A DNA stretch of 61,359 bases, counting the filler. It is 7 parts of 7 records of this genome, joined end to end, with 100 filler letters (N's around TTAATTAATTAA, not from the genome) between each part and the next. Parts side by side here need not be neighbours in the genome. Positions count along the whole stretch, not along the records: positions 33,289 to 48,043 come from SRR7504441_994; positions 48,144 to 52,126 come from SRR7504441_998; positions 52,227 to 56,750 come from SRR7504441_1002; 4 more parts are not named here. One strand, written 5' to 3'. Of the stretch, positions 44,764 to 54,731 are shown in pieces. The notes beneath the pieces are model-generated. The model had not been told where the DNA came from and ran no database searches. It was given only the letters and a program-made list of their open reading frames with translations. The translations under genes and the position numbers were made by a program. How positions within the stretch are numbered: the first letter of the stretch is position 1; every line of letters starts with the position of its first letter.

Positions 44764-45957
44764 ATGGCTTTTGTGCATTTCCGCCCGCTTCTTGCCGTGC
44801 TGGTGTGCGTCGGACTGCTGGCCGGGGCGGCGCCGAGCGCCAGCGGCACTCCGCTCTACCTCGGCCCCGGCGGGTGCGATGTGTCTGACACCAAGTGCGT
44901 CCCACCCCCGCCGCTGGCCGCCCGGTCGATCGCCGGGTACAACTGGGACGGCCGGGCTGGGCTCCGGGCCATCGGCTCGTGGGACACCGGGGGCGCGCCG
45001 ACTTGGCTGCACCGGGCCGGCCAATGCCTGCTTGCCACCCTGTCGGACATCAACATGGTGGCAAGCTACCGGATTGGGTCCGGGGGCCAACTGGCCCTGG
45101 TCTCGAACGTGTCCTCGCTCGGAGTGAGCCCGGTCTACCTGGACAGCATAGGCAAGCTGGTGGTGACGGCCAACTACCACGGTCCCGACGACACCACCCA
45201 GCCTGCCGGGGCCGGGGTCGCATCTCTGCTCCTCCAGGACGACTGCCAGCTCGCCTCGGGCGCCGCGATCGGCATCCGAGGGAGCGGTCCGAACAAGGCC
45301 CGACAGGGGGCAAGCCACGTGCACAGCGTGGTTCTGGACCAGGCCGCCGGGCTGGACGTCGACGGGAAGGCGACCTTCTTCGCGTGCGACCTTGGAGGCG
45401 ATGCTGTGTACACGTTCAGCGCAGACGCGAGCAGCGGCAAGCTGGAGCAACGGTACAAGGCGGTGATGGCGGCTGGGAGCGGACCGCGGCACATCGCGGT
45501 GCACCCGTCGCTGCGCATGCTGTACGTGATCTACGAGATGGGCAATACGGTCACCGCGCACTCAATCAACGCGACCGGAGGACTCACACAGGTGCAGGGG
45601 CCCTTGCCAACAATCCACTTTTCGGGGTTTTCGAAAGCGGCGGAGATTCTCATCAGCCCGGACGGCGATGCGCTCTTTGCAACAAACCGCGGCTACAGTG
45701 GCGCAGCGGCCAACACCATTGCCACGTTCAGCATTGGCAGCGATGGCCGGCTCACAGCCAGTGGCTCGGTGAATTCGGGCGTGAGCTTCGGCCGGGGGGC
45801 TGAGCTGGCCCCGGGCGGCAAGAAGCTGCTGGTGGCTGGCCAGAGCTCGGGCAACTTGGTCTCACTGGACGTGCACGAGAGCAAGCTGGGCGAGGCGGTG
45901 GTGCTGGGCAGTGGCATGGCCACTCCGACCTCGATTGCGTTCGGGCCGAGCCCGTGA
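44764..45957 (+). CDS. Secreted beta-propeller lactonase (6-phosphogluconolactonase Pgl/YbhE, cycloisomerase-2 family)
   Basis: Signal MAFVHFRPLLAVLVCVGLLAGAAPS; VTANYHG, GSGPNKARQGASHVHSV, CDLGGDAV, GSGPRHIAVHP, YVIYEMGNTV, AEILISPDGDALFATNRG, LLVAGQSSG. Confidence 0.9.
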   Translation: MAFVHFRPLLAVLVCVGLLAGAAPSASGTPLYLGPGGCDVSDTKCVPPPPLAARSIAGYNWDGRAGLRAIGSWDTGGAPTWLHRAGQCLLATLSDINMVASYRIGSGGQLALVSNVSSLGVSPVYLDSIGKLVVTANYHGPDDTTQPAGAGVASLLLQDDCQLASGAAIGIRGSGPNKARQGASHVHSVVLDQAAGLDVDGKATFFACDLGGDAVYTFSADASSGKLEQRYKAVMAAGSGPRHIAVHPSLRMLYVIYEMGNTVTAHSINATGGLTQVQGPLPTIHFSGFSKAAEILISPDGDALFATNRGYSGAAANTIATFSIGSDGRLTASGSVNSGVSFGRGAELAPGGKKLLVAGQSSGNLVSLDVHESKLGEAVVLGSGMATPTSIAFGPSP

Positions 45958-46189
45958 GCATTTTTCACCACCGGATGGCACGCACGGCAAGCTTCTCCAC
46001 GGCGTCTTCGTTCATTTGTAGTAGATACTGATCCTAATATTGATCGCACATGTGGCATGCATGCCATGATGCATGCAGTATCAATAAAACGAGTTACAAA
46101 TACGTAGAAGTAAGTTGTACTCGTATTAAGGCTTGTGAAGCCGTAAATGAGGGCATTGCCGAAGTGACGCCATATTTATTTAGAGGCAC

Positions 46190-47316
46190 TCAAGCAGGAT
46201 CATATCTTCGAACGCATATCATAGTCCTTTCACAACTAGTGTTCCCGAAAAGCCAAACCACCCTAAAGCGCTCAAACCAAGGCTCCAGAATCGCCTGGGT
46301 GTCCTCGGCCCACTTCTGCACCCCAGCTAACGGCAGCCGCTTGGGCAGTTTCATTGTGAGTACCAGCGGCGAGCCCGGCTCTAGAATTTCGGCCAGCGGA
46401 ACCAGCATGTCCCTGGCCGTGTCCCGCGGATCGCGGTTCACGTCGCACACAAGCAGCGTGGCCCTCGGCAGCCCGGCCACCTCTTGCGCCGGCAGTTGCA
46501 CGTGCGTCACGTTCTCTAGCCCCGCCACATCGGGGTGCAGCTCGCCGGGATCGATCGCAGTGACCAGCTCGAACCCCTCTGTCTGCGCCAGGAACCTTGT
46601 CCACCCGCCTGGGGCCGCCCCCACGTCCACGGCGTGCTGCCGCACAATCTGCCGCCCAGCTCGCGAGGCGGGCTGGCTGAGGGGCACCGGAGCGCCCTCT
46701 TGCTGCAGGCTTTGCATAGCCTCCCGCATCTTATACTCGGCATGGTTCAGCCCGACCAGACCGGCAGCCGGAGCCCGCTGACCGGCCATGCAGTGCTGCT
46801 CGTACTGGGCCGCGGTCCAGACGCCCACGGCCCAGCACTCAGGCCCAACCTCGTGCAGCGGTATCAAGCTGAGGATATGCTCAAACGACTGCGGCGCCAG
46901 GCTAGCCGCGCAGCTCGCAAGCAGCCCGGATTCTTCCATCCAGTCCTGGATCCGCTCCTGCAGCTGCCGGGTGTCGCAGTGCACTCGGATCCTCGAACCG
47001 TGCAGCCGACCGCGCAGCTCGGCTTCCACCACCTGCGCCGGCTCAGCTCACAGCCGGCAGACTCGCACGCCTGCTCCATACTGCCACTGACCCGACGGTC
47101 GCACGCGAGCAGCTTCGTGCACGTGCGTGAGAACCCGGCGCGCTGGCTCAGCTCGGCGAGGACGGCCAGGGGGCATTCGCCGGTGCTGGCCCACACAAAG
47201 CTTTGCTCCGGCCGGGTGGTGACTCGGCTGAGGGCCGGAGATGCCGCCAGGAAGGTGTGGTACCGGGCGGTGCAGTTCGGCACCGATAGCACGCCGATAC
47301 AGCCCGACTGCTCCAT
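46190..47316 (-). CDS. FtsJ/RrmJ-fold 2'-O-ribose methyltransferase (RlmM/YgdE-like); GC-AG intron 47033-47070
   Basis: AEYKMREA, AVDVGAAPGGWT, VTAIDPGEL, LLVCDVN, VLTMKLP, FGNTSCERT supply the K-D-K-E tetrad. Confidence 0.85.
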
Positions 47317-47415
47317 TGGGTTGCACCCGCGTTCCGGACTTCGACGCCCGGTTCGCTACATCCGTTATCGCGATCGCAGCTGCAAAGCCATTTTGGTCGG
47401 GGACCCGAGGCAAGC

Positions 47416-48043
47416 ATGGACAGATTGATGACCGCAGTCAACCAGGCGTGCACTTGGGTGGCCGGGCCTGCGAGCGGGCTGTGGCCAGGCGGACGAGCCT
47501 GCGGTGCGCCGGCTGCTCGAGGGTGGGCTGTCGGTGGCTGGGCAGCTGCCGGCGGACCAGGAGAGGCTCGGCCATGGCCAAACTGCTGGTGCGGGCTTTC
47601 TGGCCTGGCGGGGTAAGTGCTGGTGAGGTGAGCGAGTTTGGGGCCGATCCTTCCATTACTAAGAACTGGGGAGATAGCGTGCTGCACTGGGCAGCGGCCG
47701 AGGGACAGCCCCGTATGGTATGGCTGCCGGCCGACAAACTGGAGCTGAGAGCAGGTGAGAATGCTGGTCGAAGAGCTAGGAGCCGACCCAAATCTGCCCA
47801 ACCAATCGGGAATGACCCCGGTGGCCCAAGACCACGGCTGGGCTGACCGGGTCAGGTGCACACTGCGGCCTACTACGGCCAATTTGAAGCGCTGCGGGTG
47901 CTCGTGGATGAATTGGGGGGCGACCTGAGTGCCAGGCAACGTCCAAGGAGGCGGGTCTGAGTGGTCAGAACAGGACGCATGCTGGTTGCTCACCATTAGA
48001 CATGAGCTTGATCGAGGACCCGGAGGACGCTGCGCTTAACCAG
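47416..48043 (+). CDS. Ankyrin-repeat protein, multi-exon, probably 3'-truncated
   Basis: MDRLMTAVNQ|ADEPAVRRLLE, EFGADPSITKNWGDSVLHWAAAEGQ, VHTAAYYGQFEALRVLVDELGGDLSAR. Confidence 0.75.
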
Positions 48044-48143
48044 NNNNNNNNNNNNNNNNNNNNNNNNNNNNNNNNNNNNNNNNNNNNTTAATTAATTAAN
48101 NNNNNNNNNNNNNNNNNNNNNNNNNNNNNNNNNNNNNNNNNNN
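48044..48143. other. Artificial contig spacer
   Basis: N44-TTAATTAATTAA-N44. Confidence 0.99.
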
Positions 48144-51100
48144 CCCGGATGAGGGCTGGCAGACCCCGTCAGAGCTGGTAGCAGCTCAATCCAGCGAGCA
48201 GGACAGCCGAGTGGCTCAGCTGCAGGCAGGAGCCGCCCAGAGCAAGCATGCGGCCAGAGTGGCGGAGCTGGAGGCCGAGCTGAGCATGGCTGAGCTGAAG
48301 CACAGCACCAGCATCCAGCAGCTCCGGCTCCAGTTCGCGGAGGTCGAGAAGGATTACGAGCTCCGACTGGACCGGCTCCAACGGGCACAACAGACCGGGA
48401 CGGAGGCTTATGACGTCACTTTGGGAGACTTGAGCGCGACTGAGGACCGGCTGCGCAAGCTCAACGAGGAACTGGCCCAGACCCAGCGGCAGATGCTCGC
48501 CACGCCGGAGAAGCACAAGCGGAGGGCGCTCCGGCGGCGGTGCAAGGAGCTGGACTTGCTGCTAGGGAACGAGCACGAGGAGTACCGCGAGCGGAAGAGC
48601 GGCTCGCGCTCCAGCACGCCAGTGAGCTCGCCGGTGCACTCGAGGTCAGTCTCCCCTGCCAAACCGTCCCCGAGCAAGCTCTTAAAGGCCTCGGACTCGA
48701 TCCGATCCGAGCCAGAGCGCGAGGAGCCGGCGAGTGCGGCGGCTGGGCCTCTTGAACTGGAAGCAGCGATGAACAATCTCGAATCGGAGCTGGCTGGCGG
48801 GCTCCAGAAGGACGTTGAGTGGACCAGCCGGCTGGAGGAGCTGGAGCACGTGGTGTGTGTGCTCAGAGAGCAACTAAGCAGGGCCGCCCAGATAGAAGCA
48901 TGCCTGAAGGAGGAGCTCCAGACCGCGCTCCAGCAGTCAGTTGGCATGACAGCGGACGCGGGCAAGATCAAGCAGCTCGAAGTGTCCCTTTCTGAAGAGC
49001 GGGACAGGTCAGCGGGGCTTGAGCGCGAGTTGGATGCGTTGCTGGACCATGTGCAGGATGCTTTGGACAAGGAGTGCGTGGAGAAGGGCGAGCTGCACAA
49101 GAGCTTGGCAGACAAATCTGGGCTCATCCAAAAATTGGAGCAAACTGTCGAACTGAGCGAATCTAGGCATGTGCAACGGGCCCGCGAGGACGAGCGGCGT
49201 ATACACGATCTCGAGGACGCCCTGCTCAAGATGACGGAACAGAATGATCGGCTGCAGGTTGAGCAGCGGCAGCAGGGCAAGAGAGACAAGTCTGAGTTCG
49301 AGGGGACGCTCAGGCTGAACCAGGAGGCGCTGGCTCACGCAGCGTGCACATCAGACCAAGCAGCAGCCGAGCTGGCGGCCATGGAGGCCGAGCATGCTGC
49401 AGTGGCAGCCCGACACAGCGCGCAGGTGGACGGACTCTTGCTCCAACTCAAGCAGTCGCGAGAAGAGAAGGAGAATTCGCTGTTGGACTTGAGTGGCGAG
49501 AAGGAGGATGCCGAGCAGCTTCGCTTGGATCTGAAGGAGAGCCGAGCGGCTTTGGATGCGCAGACACAGAGAGTGCGGCAACTGGAGGGGACTGTTGCTG
49601 ATATGGAAGCTAAGTACGGAGGGTCGCTCGACACGGCGAGTACTAAGGCGGAGCTGCGGGATCAAGTCATTGTTCAGCTCCAGGAGCAGTTGAGCGCTTC
49701 AGAGAAGATGAAAGACGGCTTGAAGACAGAATTGCAGCGGATGCTCGAGGAGTCGATGTCATCCGAAGTCAAGCGTTCGTCTGATGTGAGTCAACTAGAG
49801 ACAATCAAGGCCGAGCTCGAATCCAAGCTGCATACAATGGACGGTCGCGTGCAGGAAGCGCTGGCCAAAGAGGCTGAGTTGTTGAACGAGGTGGCGACTA
49901 GAGACGAGGCACTCCTCCTCTCATCAAGTAGGGTGAGTCAGCTGGAGCAGATGGTGGCTGCCAGGGAGGCACAGCTCTCGTCTCAGGCGAGCGACGACAG
50001 ATTGCTTGTGCAGGCCCTGCAGCAGGAGCTGAGCCAAGCGCAAGAGGAGCAGAAGAGGCTAGTCACGGCTGCGCACGGCGATAAGCATCAGATGACCAAG
50101 GAGAAGTACGAGTTCAAGGAAAAGGCGCTGATCAAAGAGGAGGCCCTCGCCCAGGCTTCGGCCAGAGTTGGCGAGCTTGAGCAAGCAATCACTATCATGG
50201 AAGCCAGCTTTACTTCCAAGTTGAGTGAGGAGCGGCGCCGAGCGCAAGAGCTCGAGGCCAACTTGAGCCGCGTGACAGAGGAGAAGCAGGCTGCAATCGA
50301 CCAGAAGCAGAGCGCTCTGATGGAGCTCTCTGGGCAGCTTCACGGGGAGAAGGCCGAGCTAGAAACCCGTCTCAGCGAGCTCGAATCGGAGCTCGCCAAA
50401 TCTCGTGGCCAGAATGACGAACTGGCAGCGGCAAATCCGATTCACGAGCAGCGGCTGGCTGAGCGGGAGTGTCGTGTGCGCGAGCTCGAAGCCGAGAACA
50501 GAGACCTGTGTGAGAAGGCGAAGCTGGCGATTGGAGTGCAGGATGGGCTGAAGCAGGAGCTGAAGGAGGCCTGGAATCGCACCGTGTCCTTGCAAGCTGA
50601 CCAGGATGGCCAAACTGAGCATCTCCGCCAGGACCTGGCAGAGGCAATGCGAGTGGCAAACGAGTTCAAGATGCAGCTGGACCGTAGGATGGACGCTGAG
50701 AAAGAGGCGTCTCTGCAGGCCAAGAGCGAGCTCAAACACGCCACTGACAAGACCGAGACGCAGCAGGCTGAATTTGAGAGCTTGCTCGCAACAGAGCGGG
50801 CGCGTGTGGCGACTCTTGAGCAAGATGCCAGCCGGCTCGCTTCTGAGGTTGCACGGCTGAAAGCGTCGAGTGTCAAGAATCTGGAGTGGGCCAAGCACGA
50901 GATCTCGGACAGGGATGAGGCCCTGGTGGCCGCAGCCAGCAAACAGGCAGCTGCGGCCAGCAAGGAGGCCGAGCTATCAGATGCGCTGGCAGCAGCAGAG
51001 GGCAGGTTTGCAGCTCGGCTGGAAGAGCAGCAGAGCCACCTCTTGGCACTCGAGCAGGAGCTGCACGGATCCAAACTGGCGTGCATGTCCGAGCAGGAGC

Positions 51101-51930
51101 TGCGCGGGGTGTATGTGCAGGCAGCAACAGGCACGCAGCAGCAGTGGGCTGCGGAGCGACGGCAGTTGGAGGAGTCACTCTCTGAATGCCGTGCCTCACT
51201 AGCCGCCGAGAAGGCCGAGCGGGCTGCGGTTCAGATGCAGTTGGACGAGCTCAACGCCCAGTGCGAGCGTGTGATGGCGAGTGAGCAGCACGAGCTGGAC
51301 CAGCGGCTCGATAGAATCTCGGAGCGGCACAGGGAGGACAGGCTCGAGCTGGAGGCCGCGGTCCAGTCTCACCGGGCCGACCTGGACCAGAGCACCCAGC
51401 ACGCCAAGTCGCTTGAGGTGGAGCTGGTGCTACTCAAGAAGCTGGCGGATGCCGGGGCGGAGGACGTGCTGGTCGACCGGCTGGCGGCGGCAGTCGAGCC
51501 GATTGAGGCGGCCTCGAGTAAACAGTTTGATGACGATGTTTCGAGGCTGAAGCAGCTCCTGTTAGAGCACAGCACGTCGCATCAGAAGAGCGAAGCCAAC
51601 GCCGACTTGGCAAGGCAGCTGGCTAGCCTGGAGAGCAAGTGCGATGGGCTCAACAAGGAAGTGGACCGCTGGAAGGCGCTCGCAGTCGACCCGACCAGCC
51701 CAGAGCATGCTGACAGCGGGGCGAGGCTCGACCAGCCCGAATCTCGGCATGTTGCAGCACCTGAGCCACCCACCCGCAGGCTGGTCATTGATCAAGCGGG
51801 CGACGGGCCGTCTTCGCCCCCGGGGAAGCTGTATCATAGTAAAATCAGCCTAGCGAGGCCGTCAACAGCCCCTACGATTCATAGAAGTGTAGTGCCAAAC
51901 AGCCGAGCTAGAGGCATGTTTTTGGTATGA
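48144..51930 (+). CDS. Large coiled-coil protein (>1240 aa), probably 5'-truncated
   Basis: Uninterrupted E/L/Q/A-rich heptad ORF with a Ser/Pro-rich insert (SRSSTPVSSPVHSRSVSPAKPSP); no globular domain recognised. Confidence 0.85.
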
Positions 51931-52126
51931 CACTCGTTCAATTACATGTAAAATTGCCATTATTAGATCTATCTATGTTGACCGAGAGCTGCCTATAATT
52001 ATCTTCCCCAGAGGGGTGGTTACTTGCAGTATCGCCTGCAGTATCACCGCAAATATGCTCAGTCAGTATCCCTGCAGTATCAAGCCAGTTTCTCCTGAAC
52101 GTATCAAATCCCTTATAACCCCGACG

Positions 52127-52226
52127 NNNNNNNNNNNNNNNNNNNNNNNNNNNNNNNNNNNNNNNNNNNNTTAATTAATTAANNNNNNNNNNNNNNNNNN
52201 NNNNNNNNNNNNNNNNNNNNNNNNNN
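52127..52226. other. Artificial contig spacer
   Basis: N44-TTAATTAATTAA-N44. Confidence 0.99.
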
Positions 52227-52308
52227 CGACGACGACGACGACGACGATGACGACGAGGATGACGAGGATGAGGAGGATGAGGATGATGATGATGAGGAGG
52301 ATGACGAG
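52227..52308 (+). repeat. Low-complexity (GAC/GAT/GAG)n coding repeat
   Basis: GACGACGAC...GATGATGATGAGGAGGATGAC; probably the cause of the contig break. Confidence 0.85.
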
Positions 52309-54503
52309 CCCAAGCCCAAGACGCGAGCAGGGGCAAACAACAAACCTGCTGACACACTGCGCCGACCGCCAGGCGCCGAGCCGGATAAGCCGGCGGCAAA
52401 GCCACTTCCAAAGCCAGCCGCCAAGCCTGCGACGAGCAGCGCTGACAGACCGCGTAGATCGAGCAAGCCTGATAAGCCAGCAGACGTGATGCGCAAGCCG
52501 GGCACACAAGCAGCTGAGCCGAGTGAGCACGGCAAGTCAAAGTCAAAGAAGAAAGACAAGCAGAAGAAGAACAAGAAGGACAAGGACCCAGCCGCGCCCG
52601 TGCCTAAATGGGTCGAATTTGAAGGTGCTGCTGCGGTTGCGCCTCGTGGTTAGCTGTGTGTGCAGGCACGGTGAGGTCCGCCTACGAGGTGGCTCTGGGC
52701 AAGCTGTACGATGTGGAGAGCCCGCACCAGCCGGAGCTGATCAAGTTCATCCAGAACGAGGAGCTCGCCCGCAACCAGGCCTTCCAGGCGGCAGCCGATG
52801 GCGAGGAGTCTGCCAAGGCTTATTCTGTCAAGGCCAAGGGGATGATTAACAACTTGATCTCTCGGCTGAGTGAGTTCGTATCGTCCGACTCCAAATTCTA
52901 CCAGGACGCCACCCGATGCCTCTCCGAGTACATGTCCACTCTGGGGCACCACGGCAACCTGGCCGCTGCGCACAATGCGCCGGTGGTGGTGGAGGATTCC
53001 GCAATGAAGACGACTGTGCAGCCGGCTTCGGCGGCCGGGCAGGCCGAGATAAAACAAGTGGCCGACGAGAACAAAGTGCTGCGCGAGCAGGTGGGCGCGC
53101 TGCAGACGCTGGTCAATCAGGTGGATGGCTCCAAGGCGATGCTTTCTGCGCAGATTGAAGAGATGCGCCAGACCAGCCAAGACGCTCTCCAGGCGCAGGG
53201 CGACACCCAGACGGCCGTGCTGCAGCTGCAGGTGGCCAACGCCAACGCAGTTGAGCAGAGCCTGCGCAGCCAGCTCGAGGAGTATTCGGCTCAGCATGCC
53301 AAGCTGGCTGAGGAGGCCGAGAACATGGCGAAGCTTAAGAAGCAGCTCGCTGAAGCCAAGCACAAAGAGGCAGAGCTCAAGAAACACGCGGCCGAGCTGC
53401 GCGAGCAGAAGAATACAATAGAGAAGACTCTGTGCGGCGACCTGGAAGCGGCCGTCAGCCGCGAGAAGCAGGCCGTGGAGGAGTTGGCTGGCTTCACGGA
53501 GCACGACGGGCTGGCTAATAAGCTTTACTCGCGGCTAGCCTCGTTCGCTGCGGCTGAGCGGACACTCAAGCGAGAGTTGGACGAGGCGGTTTGGCGGTGC
53601 GAGGAGCTCGGGATGCAGAGCGAGGACCAGACCCAGGCGGTGCTGTACGAGAAGCTGGCGGCCGCGGCAGATAAGGAGCACCAACTGCGAAATGAGCTGC
53701 AGCAGCAGGTCCAGGCAAATGAGGAGCTCAAGCTCGAGCATGCGGAGCGCGAGAAGGAGCTGACCGAGCGGATAGGGGCTGTTAGAGTCGAGCTTGACGC
53801 CGAGCTAGAGGCTTTGAAACAGGAGCTGGCCAGTGTGAGGCAGCAGTGCGCCACGGCAGAGCAGTGTGAAGAGGCTGCCAAGCAGATGCGGCTGGATGCT
53901 GAGACGGAATCGCAGCAGCAGCTGGCAGCCATGAAGCAGGAGCTGCTCGATAGAGCGCGCGAGCTGTCTGAGGCTAAGAAGTCGAGGCTAGCCGAGCAGC
54001 ATGAGAACCGAGAGGCTAGCGCGGCCCAGGGCGAACAGTTGCAGAAGAAAGTAGATGCTGCTGAGAAGCGGGCCCAGGACGCGTCTGCTGAGTGCGAGCA
54101 GCTGCGGAAGCAACTGGAGGATGCGGCCAAGGCCGCGGCAGAGCAGCAGGTGCTGTTGGAGCAGGCGCAGGAGGCAATGACGCAGCTCAAAGAGGAGCAC
54201 GCGGCTAGTGTACAGGCGGAGGTGGCGGTGGAGGCCGAAGAGCAAGAGGCAGCAGGGGAACGGGGTGCTCCAGAGGTGAGCGGTGCGAGGGAGCAAGAAC
54301 TGCTCGAGCAACTAAAAGCAGCGCAGCAACAGGCAGCAGAATGGAAGGCGGCCAAGGAGGAGGCCGAGGCCTCGCTCAGTGCACAGATTGCTCAAGCGTC
54401 CGAGGCTGAATCGCAGCTACAGACACAATTAGATAAATCAGTGAAGAAAGAAGAGCAACTAAGGACGCAGATGAGGATGATGCAAAAGTTATCAAAATCA
54501 TGA
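52227..54503 (+). CDS. Protein with a poly-D/E tract, Lys-rich segment and long coiled coil; 5'-truncated; 41-nt intron at ~52625-52665
   Basis: GAC/GAT/GAG run at the contig start, KSKSKKKDKQKKNKKDKD, then PKWVEFE-G|TVRSAYEVALGK joining ORF 52656-54503. Confidence 0.8.
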
Positions 54504-54731
54504 CAATTTCAGACGAGCAGCCAAAGACAATTATCCCATAGATACTAGCCGTCAATAAATCTCTATGCTCACCGAGCTGCTCATGAATATTAACAAGCTA
54601 TGCATAATTTTATAGATACGAGTATAGATTTTACATCCATTCATTTACAATGAGCAAACAACTGGTCTCGGAACATTTGTCGTTTCCTCCTTCGTGTCCC
54701 TTGTTCTTCTTATAACCGCTTTGCATCAACT

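Noticed and set aside
38588-45957. PKS, membrane protein, GH35, elongase and lactonase as a biosynthetic gene cluster
   Set aside because: The neighbours look like unrelated general genes, with no AT, PPTase, tailoring oxidoreductase or transporter, and the upstream side is missing.
52545-52615. KKDKDPAAP as the start of an HMG box
   Set aside because: The following sequence lacks the PKRP.SAY/F..F pattern and continues into coiled coil.
48408-54355. Long antisense Ser-rich ORFs (e.g. 48408-49289, 50442-51134, 53525-54355) and similar overlapping ORFs elsewhere
   Set aside because: Shadow frames of GC-rich coiled-coil genes with no motifs of their own.
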